Source of the DNA: Cuniculiplasma divulgatum
Lineage (GTDB): Archaea > Thermoplasmatota > Thermoplasmata > Thermoplasmatales > Thermoplasmataceae
DNA: 32,000 nt
Direction: 5' to 3'
Assembly: GCF_900083515.1 (NCBI RefSeq)
Contig: NZ_LT671858.1
Coordinates: 1,320,001 to 1,352,000, forward strand
The notes below the pieces were generated by a model that did not search any database, was not told the DNA's origin, and saw only the letters and a program-made list of their open reading frames with translations. Shown in pieces: positions 8,729-18,454 of this stretch (position 1 is the first letter of the stretch; each line of letters starts with the position of its first letter). The position numbers and the translations under genes were made by a program.

Positions 8729-9088
8729 ATCATAAAATGAGATAACTGGAAAGTTTATTCTTAAATATCTAAAAATTTATACTTGATCAAATGGGTCTCG
8801 TATTCATGAAATTGCTGGAAATTTTCTCCCCATTGTTTCTTCCTTTTTTATAACAGAAGGCCTGCAGATTTAACTAAAATTAGGCTTCTTCTCGTTTGGT
8901 ACCTGATTTAACAGCTATCAAAGTAATTTTAGATAATGAGAATAATTTTTTAAAATATCTGTTAAACTACGCTAATTCTTTCCCAATATCTTTGGTTTGA
9001 ACCTCTATCATATATTGAATTGGATTCCATCTCTGGACAAAGGAAAGACAAATTCCATTAAATGGGGTTAATTCTGAAAAATTGGTTT

Positions 9089-9415
9089 TTACTTTCCACT
9101 CTTTGTGTTTTTACCTTTTGTGCCACTAGGAGCCTTCTTCCTTGATGTACTGCTCTTTACGACCCTCTTTCCCGATGATTTACTAATACCAAGCTGCTTC
9201 ATCAATTCCTCAACAGTCTTTGCCTCAGAGATTTGCTTTGCTGCGTCTGGTTCCCCAATATAAAGAAGCCAGCTCTGAATATGCCCTTCCTTCAGATGAT
9301 ACTCTACGCACAGTGGATCTTCTTTAGACAGTCTAGCTATTTCGCTATTAAGTTCTTTTAAATTTGAAGCCGAACCAACTTCAATTCCATAACTCTTAAA
9401 GTAAAACTTATCCAT
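9089..9415 (-). CDS. Small hypothetical protein with lysine/serine-rich basic C-terminal tail
   Basis: 108-aa ORF, divergent from the DUF72 gene. A globular N-terminal portion of about 75 aa is followed by the tail KSSGKRVVKSSTSRKKAPSGTKGKNTKSGK. I cannot assign a family with confidence. Confidence 0.5.
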   Translation of the reverse strand: MDKFYFKSYGIEVGSASNLKELNSEIARLSKEDPLCVEYHLKEGHIQSWLLYIGEPDAAKQISEAKTVEELMKQLGISKSSGKRVVKSSTSRKKAPSGTKGKNTKSGK

Positions 9416-9532
9416 ATATAATAAAGGATGAAAGGCATTTAAACATTACTACCAGCCTCAATTGTATCCAGTTGGAGATATTATAAATATTGAGATTGAC
9501 TATTTGTGTTTGTGTACACGGATGATCTTCAT

Positions 9533-10318
9533 ATGGGTTGTTCAGGATGGAGTTACAGCAGGTGGATTGGTAAATTTTATCCTGAAGGTTCTCATCTAAA
9601 CAAACTCCTCTCCATGTATTCGAATACGTTCGACTCTGTTGAAGTTGATTCAACTTATTATTCTACTCCTTCAGTAAAAACAGTTTCATCATGGTACGAA
9701 TCTACCACAACGAACTTTAAATTCTGCCCAAAACTTGACAGAACCATAACGCATGTTAATCTTCTCCGTGATGTAGAGGATAAACTTCAACTTTTCATTA
9801 GCAAAATGAGGTTGCTCCATAATAAATTAGGACCGATTCTCATACAGCTACCACCATACCTTAATTTTGATCCTCGTCTCCTTGAGAATTTCATAAAAAT
9901 ATTGCCGAAGGATTTAGAATTTGCAGTTGAATTCAGGAATAATTCATGGCTGAATGATAAAACTAAGTCACTGCTTGAAAGTTATAATATTATAACAGTC
10001 TGGTCTGATTCCCCATTCACAAAGAAAGTATTATGGCACACAGGCAATTCTATCTATCTAAGACTGCTTGGAGATAGAAGTATTGATGAAACAGAATTTG
10101 GAACCGTTCAAAGGGAGAGGGATGATGATATAACAAGGTGGGCTGAGATTATAAGAAATGATGAAGGCAGAGTTGCATACATATTTGCAAATAATCATTA
10201 TGAAGGATTCTCTCCGCACACAGTGGATCTGCTTAAGGAAAAACTTGGACTCGACAGGTCAACATGGCCAATAAATCATCCGGATGACAAGGATGATAGA
10301 CAGACAACTCTTTTTTAG
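9533..10318 (+). CDS. DUF72 (UPF0759/YecE-like) family protein
   Basis: The N-terminal MGCSGWSYSRWIGKFYPEG...FDSVEVDSTYY is the characteristic DUF72 start. The track ORF begins at a GTG at 9506. I prefer the ATG at 9533 because family members start just before the G-x-SGWSY motif. Confidence 0.7.
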   Translation: MGCSGWSYSRWIGKFYPEGSHLNKLLSMYSNTFDSVEVDSTYYSTPSVKTVSSWYESTTTNFKFCPKLDRTITHVNLLRDVEDKLQLFISKMRLLHNKLGPILIQLPPYLNFDPRLLENFIKILPKDLEFAVEFRNNSWLNDKTKSLLESYNIITVWSDSPFTKKVLWHTGNSIYLRLLGDRSIDETEFGTVQRERDDDITRWAEIIRNDEGRVAYIFANNHYEGFSPHTVDLLKEKLGLDRSTWPINHPDDKDDRQTTLF

Positions 10319-10469
10319 TCCTATCTAAAGATGATAGTTATGCATTAAAATATTAGATATTAAGTTTGATAGAATGGGTATTAATTATATTAGGTAATTT
10401 CCTTTTAAAAGCAAGTAATATTTTATTTTAAGACTCTAAAATTATATAGTGATTTGTCCTTATAGACAT

Positions 10470-12713
10470 ATGTCAGGTTCTAATATGGAAGGAATCACCT
10501 TAAGGGTTGCAGAGGCTAATTCTACTGACCCTGGGATGTCCAGAGTAAGACTGGATGAGGATTCAAGGTTCCAGTTAAATGTGGAAATTGGAGATGTAGT
10601 AGAAATAGAAAAGTCCAAGAGAACTGTGGGAAGAGTTTTTAGAGCACGACCTGAAGATGAGAACAAGATGATTGTGAGGATTGACAGTGTAATGAGGAAT
10701 AACTGTGGTGCCTCAATCGGTGATAAAGTAAAGGTCAAAAAAGTGAAGACCGATATAGCTACAAGAGTTGTTCTCGCACCAATTATTAGAAAGGAGCAAA
10801 GATTAAAGTTTGGTGAAGGTATAGATGATTTTGTTCAGAGGGCTCTCATTAGGAGGCCAATGATAGAACAGGATAATATAAGTGTTCCAGGACTTACTTT
10901 GGCAGGACACTCAGGTCTACTGTTCAAGGTTGTAAAGACTGTACCACCAAAGGTACCCATTGAAATTGGGGAAACTACAAAGATTGAAATAAGAGAAGAA
11001 CCAGCTTCTGAGGTACTTGAGGACGTTTCAAGAATAAGTTATGAAGATATTGGCGGGTTATCAGATCAGCTTGGAAAAGTCAGAGAAATAATAGAACTTC
11101 CACTCAAGCACCCTGAGCTATTTGAAAGACTGGGGATAAGACCGCCAAAAGGTGTACTGCTGTTTGGTCCGCCAGGAACTGGAAAGACATTAATTGCAAG
11201 AGCGGTTGCAAATGAATCAGGGGCTAATTTCTTTTCAATAAACGGACCAGAGATAATGAGCAAATACTATGGACAGAGTGAGCAGAAACTGCGTGAAATA
11301 TTCACGAATGCAGAAGAAAAAGAACCGTCTATAATTTTCATAGATGAAATAGACTCCATAGCCCCAAAGAGGGAAGAGGTGCAGGGAGAGGTAGAAAGGA
11401 GGGTTGTCGCCCAGTTGCTGACACTTATGGATGGTCTAAAGGAAAGAGGTCACGTGATTGTGATTGGAGCCACCAACAGGATAGATGCAGTTGATCCTGC
11501 ACTGAGAAGACCCGGAAGATTTGATCGGGAGATAAATATCGGTGTTCCCGATAAGAAAGGAAGGAAAGAGATTCTAACTATTCATTCAAGGGCAATGCCA
11601 CTCAACATGGATGAGGATTCGAAATCAAAATTCCTGGATGAAATTGCAGATATGACCTATGGATTTGTTGGTGCTGATCTTGCCGCACTTGCAAGGGAAT
11701 CTGCAATGAATGCCCTCAGGAGATATCTTCCAGATATAGATCTGGATAAGCCAATACCAACCGATATACTGGAAAGAATGGCTGTGGTTGAGGATGATTT
11801 CAGGGAAGCGCTGAAGCTAATAGAGCCCAGCAGTCTTAGGGAAGTTATGGCAGAAATCCCCGATATACACTGGGATGATATCGGGGGAATGGAAGATGTT
11901 AAAAGGGAATTAAGAGAAAGTGTTGAGCTACCGTTACTTAAGCCTGAAGTTTTCAAGAAACTCGGCATAAGGGCACCAAAGGGATTCCTTCTCTACGGAC
12001 CCCCAGGGGTAGGAAAAACACTACTTGCCAAGGCTGTGGCCAATGAGAGTAATGCAAACTTTATTTCGGTTAAAGGACCAGAAGTTCTGAGCAAATGGGT
12101 AGGAGAGAGTGAAAAAGCTGTCAGGGAAATATTCAAAAAGGCAAAACAGGTAGCACCCTCAATTGTTTTTCTTGATGAAATAGATTCCATTGCTCCGAGA
12201 AGAGGTGGAGGCGGAGATTCTGGAGTTACAGAAAGAATAGTTAATCAGTTGCTTACCTCAATGGATGGTGTTGAAGTACTGCAGGGCGTCGTTGTGATCG
12301 GAGCCACAAACAGACCTGATATTCTGGATAGTGCACTTATAAGAGCGGGCAGGTTTGATAAGATGATCTATATACCTCCACCTGACAAGGAGGCAAGATT
12401 GAAGATCCTTCTTGTGCATACCAGAAATATGCCTCTTGACAAGGATATAAACCTGCAAAAGATCGCAGAGGCAACAGATGGATATGTTGGTGCTGATCTG
12501 GAAAATCTGTGCCGTGAAGCTGGAATGATGGCATACAGGAATGATCCTGAAGCATCTCTGGTCTCAAACAGTGACTTTACAAAGGCAATGAAGGTCATAA
12601 AACCCTCGGTGGATCAGGAAGTAATTAATTTCTATGAGAATCTTGCAAAGAATATTGGAAAGAGTGTTAAGGAAAGAAGAAAACAGGTAGAGGAGTCCGG
12701 ACTCTACAATTAA
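10470..12713 (+). CDS. vat: CDC48/VAT-type AAA+ ATPase (N-domain plus D1 and D2)
   Basis: [20 protein letters not shown]...[21 protein letters not shown] closely resembles the Thermoplasma VAT N-domain as I recall it. There are two Walker A motifs (GPPGTGKTL and GPPGVGKTL), two Walker B motifs (IIFIDEIDS and IVFLDEIDS) and second-region-of-homology motifs in both modules. The start is ambiguous: GTG 10449, ATG 10470 (chosen) or ATG 10485. Confidence 0.95.
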   Translation: MSGSNMEGITLRVAEANSTDPGMSRVRLDEDSRFQLNVEIGDVVEIEKSKRTVGRVFRARPEDENKMIVRIDSVMRNNCGASIGDKVKVKKVKTDIATRVVLAPIIRKEQRLKFGEGIDDFVQRALIRRPMIEQDNISVPGLTLAGHSGLLFKVVKTVPPKVPIEIGETTKIEIREEPASEVLEDVSRISYEDIGGLSDQLGKVREIIELPLKHPELFERLGIRPPKGVLLFGPPGTGKTLIARAVANESGANFFSINGPEIMSKYYGQSEQKLREIFTNAEEKEPSIIFIDEIDSIAPKREEVQGEVERRVVAQLLTLMDGLKERGHVIVIGATNRIDAVDPALRRPGRFDREINIGVPDKKGRKEILTIHSRAMPLNMDEDSKSKFLDEIADMTYGFVGADLAALARESAMNALRRYLPDIDLDKPIPTDILERMAVVEDDFREALKLIEPSSLREVMAEIPDIHWDDIGGMEDVKRELRESVELPLLKPEVFKKLGIRAPKGFLLYGPPGVGKTLLAKAVANESNANFISVKGPEVLSKWVGESEKAVREIFKKAKQVAPSIVFLDEIDSIAPRRGGGGDSGVTERIVNQLLTSMDGVEVLQGVVVIGATNRPDILDSALIRAGRFDKMIYIPPPDKEARLKILLVHTRNMPLDKDINLQKIAEATDGYVGADLENLCREAGMMAYRNDPEASLVSNSDFTKAMKVIKPSVDQEVINFYENLAKNIGKSVKERRKQVEESGLYN

Positions 12714-12727
12714 ATTTTTAAGGGTTA

Positions 12728-13000
12728 ATGAATTATATTGCTATGACACTGAAAAGATTAAAAAAAGTTTCTGGAAAATCCATAGCCACCAGTGATGGCA
12801 GAATAGTGGGGAGAATAGTTGATTTTATAACAGATGAGGGAACTGGAAGTATAATGGAAATTCTGGCTGTTCCCGCTCCTGGAAAGATAGAAAACCTGAA
12901 GAAGGATATGGAGGGTAGATATATAATCCCCTATTCTATAGTGAGACCAGGGCAGGATTTTCTTGTTGTTGATGCTGAGAAACTAAGAAGATTAAAGTGA
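12728..13000 (+). CDS. Small stand-alone PRC-barrel domain protein
   Basis: 90 aa. [33 protein letters not shown]...[18 protein letters not shown] fits the PRC-barrel pattern (G..V....G..lG.v.D...d...g.i..l.v......iP...v......i.v). It starts 15 nt after the VAT stop. Confidence 0.6.
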   Translation: MNYIAMTLKRLKKVSGKSIATSDGRIVGRIVDFITDEGTGSIMEILAVPAPGKIENLKKDMEGRYIIPYSIVRPGQDFLVVDAEKLRRLK

Positions 13001-14230
13001 GGATGCGGTAGGGGCGTATCTAAGTATACCGGCAACTCCACCGAATGCCTTCTTAAGAGTACTGCCCTCGTCACTCTCGTCTCCGATTATTTCCACCGTG
13101 GCTCCAGACTCTTCAGCCATTTTATAAAGTTTTGTTATGTAATCTTCTTCATGATCCATTTCCATAGCGCCACCGCATTTTGGGCAGGTATTATCATCCG
13201 GTCGTTGCATAAATTCTTGCTCATATCCACAGTTTGGACACTTATAGAAATACTTGGTCTTCCTGACACCATCAGATAAAAGAAGGAGATCAAGAGCCTT
13301 TCTCTCCAGTGCACTCTGGATCTGTGCTTCACCATATACTGCAAGTCCTTCATCCCCTTTTCTCAGTTCCTTCATAAATCGGTTTACCAGATCTTTTTCT
13401 CTTGTTATCTGAAGATCTTTCATTGATTCCGATGCTTTTTCCACAAGCTCCCTCAACCCTGATTCATCGGTGTATCCCACGTCGAAAAGGTCAACTACCT
13501 TTCTTGTTATATCCTTGAACATGTAATCATTTTCAAAGAAAAAGTTCTTTGTTGATCCTGGCCCACCAATGAAAATACCCTTCATATCCCTTATTATGGG
13601 CATGAAGGTATTATTGACAATGTCTCCGATCTTCTTGAAATATTCATTTGCTGCAATCTCTATTAATCTCTCATAACGTCGTGATGATTGTCCACCCTGA
13701 TGATGCTTACTTGGAACAAGAGATTGCTCATTAGTTACAACCTGTATATTGGTTCCATTAAGGAATCCAATGGTTGCCTCCTTTCTATCGATCACAATCA
13801 AACCGTATACCTCCTTAGCCTTCAGCTGTGCCATTAATGGCTCAGTGTAAAATTGAGAATCGCACTTGTAAATGAATGTCTGTATTGGCTCCGGCGGTTC
13901 CACTATCTGACTGTACATTTCAGTCTGATCACCTCGCTTCTGAACGTGACCCACAAAGAAAACAAGTCCCGTGTCAGGTGGCTGCTTGAAATACTTTAAT
14001 TTTGACATTATTGATTCTATAGCGCCAAGAACATTCTTCCTCGTTGATTTTGATTTAATATTGCTTGAAGTTGAGTATTCCTCCCTCAGGTACTGTACTA
14101 CATCGTATATCATCTTGTCAGGTGGAATGTATAACGATATGAGTTCTGTACCTCGTCCCTTTAGACCATCGAGTTCCTCTAATGCTTTCTTAAATTCATA
14201 TCTTCTTAACTGCTTCTCGTCCGATGGCAT
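12992..14230 (-). CDS. prf1: Peptide chain release factor aRF1
   Basis: 412 aa with a NIKS motif (aa 57-60, TSSNIKSKS), a GGQ motif (aa 179-181, [14 protein letters not shown]) and a C-terminal domain containing CPNC...CPKC. Confidence 0.95.
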   Translation of the reverse strand: MPSDEKQLRRYEFKKALEELDGLKGRGTELISLYIPPDKMIYDVVQYLREEYSTSSNIKSKSTRKNVLGAIESIMSKLKYFKQPPDTGLVFFVGHVQKRGDQTEMYSQIVEPPEPIQTFIYKCDSQFYTEPLMAQLKAKEVYGLIVIDRKEATIGFLNGTNIQVVTNEQSLVPSKHHQGGQSSRRYERLIEIAANEYFKKIGDIVNNTFMPIIRDMKGIFIGGPGSTKNFFFENDYMFKDITRKVVDLFDVGYTDESGLRELVEKASESMKDLQITREKDLVNRFMKELRKGDEGLAVYGEAQIQSALERKALDLLLLSDGVRKTKYFYKCPNCGYEQEFMQRPDDNTCPKCGGAMEMDHEEDYITKLYKMAEESGATVEIIGDESDEGSTLKKAFGGVAGILRYAPTASSL

Positions 14231-14267
14231 GTATGAGAAAATTTATAATACTATATAACTTTGATGA

Positions 14268-14957
14268 ATGAATTTCATGGAATCGTTTGTTGTTTCTGTT
14301 GGAGGGTCGATGATTAACCCTTCATCAGTTGATGTTGAATACATCAAAGAATTTTCAAAAATAATAAAAAGTGTGGATGCGCCCAAGATTGGTATTGTTG
14401 TTGGTGGAGGTCAGACAGCAAGGACCTACGTTAATTCTATGAAGAATTTTACTGATAATGATTTCTTTCTTGATGAGATAGGTATAATGGCCACACGGCT
14501 TAACGCAAAGATCGTTAAATCATCCATAGGAAAGTTAGAACTCAATATTCCAGAGGATGTGAATGAGGCAGTGAAACAACTGCTCATTGAGGATCGAATA
14601 GTTATGGGTGGCACTGTACCTGGACATACCACTGATACTGTATCTGTGCTTTTAGCTGAGGCTGTGGGGATTAAAAAAGTATACAATCTGACTTCGGTTG
14701 ACATGGTTTATGAAGATGACCCGAAGAAAAATCCAAAGGCTAAGGCAATTGAGACAATGAATTATAAAGAGGCATTCTCCATCTCTCTCAAAAGTTACAC
14801 AGGGGCTGGTAGTAACCAGTTCATGGATTCCGTGGCACTTCTAATTGCAATGAGATCTGGGATAGAAATAAATCTAATGCACGGAAAGGATCTAAATAAT
14901 TTCAAAAATGCATTAAAGGGTGAAAAATTTATAGGAACAAAAATAAGGGCTGATTAA
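14268..14957 (+). CDS. pyrH: Archaeal uridylate (UMP) kinase
   Basis: 229 aa in the amino-acid-kinase fold. It shows VVSVGGSMINP, IGIVVGGGQTARTY and MGGTVPGHTTDTVSVLLAE, which are typical of archaeal PyrH. Confidence 0.8.
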   Translation: MNFMESFVVSVGGSMINPSSVDVEYIKEFSKIIKSVDAPKIGIVVGGGQTARTYVNSMKNFTDNDFFLDEIGIMATRLNAKIVKSSIGKLELNIPEDVNEAVKQLLIEDRIVMGGTVPGHTTDTVSVLLAEAVGIKKVYNLTSVDMVYEDDPKKNPKAKAIETMNYKEAFSISLKSYTGAGSNQFMDSVALLIAMRSGIEINLMHGKDLNNFKNALKGEKFIGTKIRAD

Positions 14958-15880
14958 CCTATCAGCCTGTCAGCAAATGTTTTTTCTGCGTCTACTACTG
15001 TGTAGCCATCTGCAGTTGATATTCTCTGTTCTGCTGGAACAATTTGGAGATAGTTTGGAACATTTTTGCTGATCCTTACAGGGAATGATTCTATGGCAGT
15101 GTTCTGGTAGAATATACCTGTGGGAATTCTGTCCCCCCATTCCTGGGCTCGTGCCATTGATCTTGCAAAAATCTGATCTGCATCCTTTATATTCTCTTTT
15201 GTTACAACAGGGTTCCAGTCCTTTTCATCTTCCATTTTGTAAACTCTCTCCTTGTACCATTCCATGGAATTTACGTTATTGTATGTTGGGCATGGTTGAA
15301 GAATATCAATCACTGCAGAACCTGGATGGCTCATGGCCTTCTTTATGATTTCCTTCAGCTGTTTCATGTCAAATGAGAATCCTCTAGCAACAAAACTGTA
15401 ACCAGCACTCAGTGCAAGTGAGATTGGGTTCAATCTTGTGAATATGTTGGGTCTTGCTAGACTCTTTGTCTTTTCTCCAAGTGGCATTGTTGGGGCTGCC
15501 TGTCCCTTTGTCAGTCCGTACACCTCATTGTCATATATCATGATTGTGAGTCCAGTATTTCTTCTTCCTTCTGCAACCAAATGACCTGCTCCAATACCCA
15601 TTAGATCACCGTCACCACCTGTGACAAGTACCTTCAGGTTAGGATTGGACAGTTTAACTCCCGTGGCAAATGGAATTGCTCTTCCATGAAGTGTATGGAC
15701 TCCACCAACATTGATGTAATGTGGAGTCTTTCCAGAACATCCAATTCCCGATACCATAACTACCCCTAAGGGGTCCAAGTTCAATTCTGCCATTGACTGC
15801 TGTATGGATGTGAGTATTCCGAAGTCACCACATCCAGGGCACCAGTCCACGGTGACATCTGTTTTAAAATTATGCGCCAT
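14954..15880 (-). CDS. 2-oxoacid:ferredoxin oxidoreductase, beta (TPP-binding) subunit
   Basis: 308 aa with WCPGCGDFGIL, the TPP motif TGGDGDLMGIGAGH and YDNEVYGLTKGQ. Its start overlaps the stop of the alpha subunit gene by 11 nt. Confidence 0.9.
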   Translation of the reverse strand: MAHNFKTDVTVDWCPGCGDFGILTSIQQSMAELNLDPLGVVMVSGIGCSGKTPHYINVGGVHTLHGRAIPFATGVKLSNPNLKVLVTGGDGDLMGIGAGHLVAEGRRNTGLTIMIYDNEVYGLTKGQAAPTMPLGEKTKSLARPNIFTRLNPISLALSAGYSFVARGFSFDMKQLKEIIKKAMSHPGSAVIDILQPCPTYNNVNSMEWYKERVYKMEDEKDWNPVVTKENIKDADQIFARSMARAQEWGDRIPTGIFYQNTAIESFPVRISKNVPNYLQIVPAEQRISTADGYTVVDAEKTFADRLIG

Positions 15881-17774
15881 GTTTCAACACCTTCTCAACT
15901 TTTGTCTCTTTATTATTAATTATCTCTCTCGAAGCAGACAGTATTTCATCTTCTGTCATATGCCTCCCATTATATTTCAAAATCCTGTTTTCGATCTTTA
16001 TTCCTGTCTTAGCCATCACTACCTCTGCCAGCTGACCGAGGAAATTGCTTTCGACATCTATGACAATCTTGGCCTTTGAAAGTATGTCCTTCACGAAATT
16101 TGCTGGGAATGGAATGAACATTTTTACGTAAAGCAGGTTTGCCTTAATTCCTTCTTCAGCAAGTAGATCTATAACATCCAGTATGGGTCCTTTCTGACTT
16201 CCCCATGTAACAAATGTCACGTCTGCATTCTTATCTCCATACAGTACTGCCTTATCTTCCATTGGAATTTCTGAATCAGCTGTTTGAAGTTTTGTGAAAC
16301 GCTTAACCATCATCTTGTCTCTCACTTCAGAATCTTCAGTTACATGGCCAAGCTCATCATGCTCATCTCCTGTCATCCAGAATATATCCTTTCCGAATGC
16401 ACCCAGATTTGAGATTCCATTCTTTGTATCCAGATTGTATCTCTTGAAGTCCAACCCGTGTACGTCGAATTTCATTGCATTTACAGGAACCTTCTTTCCG
16501 TCTATATGTGTGATGAAGTCTGATGTGTTTGCCAGATTCTTGTCTATGAGATGGATTACTGGCATCTGATATCTCTGTGCATAATTCAATGCATTCATTG
16601 AATCGTATATGCATTCTTCAACGTCACCTGATGCAAGGACTATTCTCGGGAATTCACCATGACCTGTGTTCATGGCAAAAAGAAGATCCGACTGACCATT
16701 TCTGGTAGGAAGACCGGTACTTGGACCGCCTCTCTGATATAAAGTCACTACAAGAGGGACTTCATCTGTCCCTGCGAATGAGAACCCCTCAGCCATAAGT
16801 GAAAAACCTGGTCCACTGGTTGCTGTTGATGTTCTGGTTCCAGTAAGGGCAGCTCCTATGGCCATGGTTATTGCCGCAATCTCATCTTCTGTTTGAACTA
16901 CTACAATTCCGCCTTCCTTTAGTTTAGCTGCTTCTGTATCTATCCACTTTATGTAGTTGTGCTCTTCCATTATGGTGCTTTCATCACTGGCCGGGGTTAT
17001 TGGGTAATAGGTTTGCAATCTGAGGCCTCCCATCATCTTTCCTATGGCTGCCCCATCATTACCGGTTAGCATGAATCTCTTTGGGTGTTCCAGATCTGGC
17101 AGAGTTTCGCCTGCAAGCTTGTTTTCACTGCAATAGTCATATGCTGCCTTTACTACAGCTATGTTTTCCTCTATTATGCTGTCCTTTCCTGCGAAGACAA
17201 TTTTAATGCTATCGTTCATGTGTTTTATATTAACTCCAGAAATAGCAAGTGTCAGGGCAGCTCCAAGTGTGTTGAAGTATCTGGATGGAACCCCACCTGA
17301 TATGGCTTTCTGAACAACTGAATTAAACGGCACTGGAATTGGAATTGCTCCTCTTGACTTCATCCATGATATCGCACCTGCAATTGTGTTGGGGAAATTG
17401 TCATCTGTTAGTGTTTCCTGGATTTTCTTTGCTGTATCTCTCATTATCATCCTTGCCTGAGAGAGTTCTGCTTTTTCTATTGCATTGTCATAGATAATTT
17501 TCGTTCCCTGTCCTACGTCTTCAAGATGCTCAAAAATGCTATCTGGATCAAGAGCAACCAGAAAATCTACAGGATATTTCAGTGATCGTGGCCTTTCGGC
17601 CTTTATTCTGACGTGGGTATAACTGTGCCTTCCCTTGATGTTTGAGTGGTATTCTCTCACACCAAAAACATAATAACCTGACTGTGCGAAGGCCCTGCTT
17701 ATCATATTGGAGGATGTATCTATACCGCCACCCTGAGGGCCACCAACTGTTATGTTGATGTCAACTTTTGTCAT
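15870..17774 (-). CDS. 2-oxoacid:ferredoxin oxidoreductase, alpha subunit (fused gamma-alpha type)
   Basis: 634 aa. An N-terminal gamma-like domain (GGPQGGGIDTSSNMISRAF) is followed by an alpha domain (YPITPASD, TSGPGFSLM). This is the two-subunit architecture known from Sulfolobus/Thermoplasma-type OFORs. Confidence 0.9.
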   Translation of the reverse strand: MTKVDINITVGGPQGGGIDTSSNMISRAFAQSGYYVFGVREYHSNIKGRHSYTHVRIKAERPRSLKYPVDFLVALDPDSIFEHLEDVGQGTKIIYDNAIEKAELSQARMIMRDTAKKIQETLTDDNFPNTIAGAISWMKSRGAIPIPVPFNSVVQKAISGGVPSRYFNTLGAALTLAISGVNIKHMNDSIKIVFAGKDSIIEENIAVVKAAYDYCSENKLAGETLPDLEHPKRFMLTGNDGAAIGKMMGGLRLQTYYPITPASDESTIMEEHNYIKWIDTEAAKLKEGGIVVVQTEDEIAAITMAIGAALTGTRTSTATSGPGFSLMAEGFSFAGTDEVPLVVTLYQRGGPSTGLPTRNGQSDLLFAMNTGHGEFPRIVLASGDVEECIYDSMNALNYAQRYQMPVIHLIDKNLANTSDFITHIDGKKVPVNAMKFDVHGLDFKRYNLDTKNGISNLGAFGKDIFWMTGDEHDELGHVTEDSEVRDKMMVKRFTKLQTADSEIPMEDKAVLYGDKNADVTFVTWGSQKGPILDVIDLLAEEGIKANLLYVKMFIPFPANFVKDILSKAKIVIDVESNFLGQLAEVVMAKTGIKIENRILKYNGRHMTEDEILSASREIINNKETKVEKVLKHGA

Positions 17775-17896
17775 CTGTATAGGTATTGATTCTTAATTAA
17801 AATAGTTAATTAGAGTAGTTATGAAATATGGTTTTCAGGATTTTTTTTATTGTTAAGGATATAATTGTATCATTCATAAATTAATTATTCATTGAT

Positions 17897-18454
17897 ATGA
17901 TAGGGGTTTTCATGCTTATTGTTACAGGCATGCCCGGATCAGGGAAGGATGAATTTATAAAAGTTGCCAAAAGTATGGGATGGAAAGATTATCATATGGG
18001 TGATGTGGTAAGAAAATATGCAAAGATGAATAACATAGGCAACACAGATAAGGAAATTGGAACCTTTGCAAACTCTGAACGAGAACTTCATGGGAAAGAT
18101 ATCTGGGCTGTCCGTCTTTCGGAAGACATTAAAGATGATAGGAAGGTCATTGTTGATGGACTAAGAAACATGGAGGAATTTGATTATTTCAAAACAAGAT
18201 TTCCAGATCTTGTTTTAATTGGAATTCATACTGATAGAGAGGAAAGACTTAAAAGAATACAGAAAAGAGGAAGACCCGATGATGCCAAGGTTCTTGATCA
18301 ACTCGTAAGCAGAGATGATAGAGAGTTGTCTTGGGGTATTGGAAATGCAATTTCTCTTGCAGAGTACATGATTGTGAACGATTCAACACTTGAGGAATTT
18401 AAAGAGAATGCCAGAAAGCTTCTGCTTAGGATTGAAAATGAAAGATTTAAGTGA
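17897..18454 (+). CDS. P-loop nucleotide-kinase-like protein (archaeal UPF0200 / dephospho-CoA-kinase-like family)
   Basis: 185 aa with an N-terminal P-loop LIVTGMPGSGKDEF and a small adenylate-kinase-like layout. The ATG at 17912 (MLIVTGMPGSGK) is an equally plausible start. Confidence 0.6.
   Translation: MIGVFMLIVTGMPGSGKDEFIKVAKSMGWKDYHMGDVVRKYAKMNNIGNTDKEIGTFANSERELHGKDIWAVRLSEDIKDDRKVIVDGLRNMEEFDYFKTRFPDLVLIGIHTDREERLKRIQKRGRPDDAKVLDQLVSRDDRELSWGIGNAISLAEYMIVNDSTLEEFKENARKLLLRIENERFK

Noticed and set aside
7620-9088. Direct repeat of the tRNA-Glu 3' end (att-site duplicate) that would prove an integrated element
   Set aside because: I found only trivial matches: ACTGGA at about 8746, and an inverted GGTTCAAA-like word at about 8994. 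There is no integrase gene, so the integration hypothesis remains unproven.
9408-9653. 81-aa minus-strand ORF spanning the divergent promoter and the DUF72 N-terminus
   Set aside because: It overlaps the conserved GCSGWSY start region of DUF72 in antisense and also overlaps the start of the 108-aa gene. It has no supporting features.
10319-10469. Search for a second copy of the hsp20-type operator upstream of VAT, since Phr/HSR1 regulons include cdc48-type ATPases
   Set aside because: There is no AAC-N5-GTT core in the VAT upstream region. Only a weak TGTC-N6-GACA lies next to the ATG at 10470, which is too short to mean anything. VAT does not appear to share the operator.
10460-12598. Seven minus-strand ORFs (65-103 aa) inside the VAT gene
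   Set aside because: They are antisense shadows of a very strongly supported AAA+ gene. The Ser/Leu/Ile/Pro-rich translations are typical of the reverse frame of Glu/Lys/Asp-rich genes.
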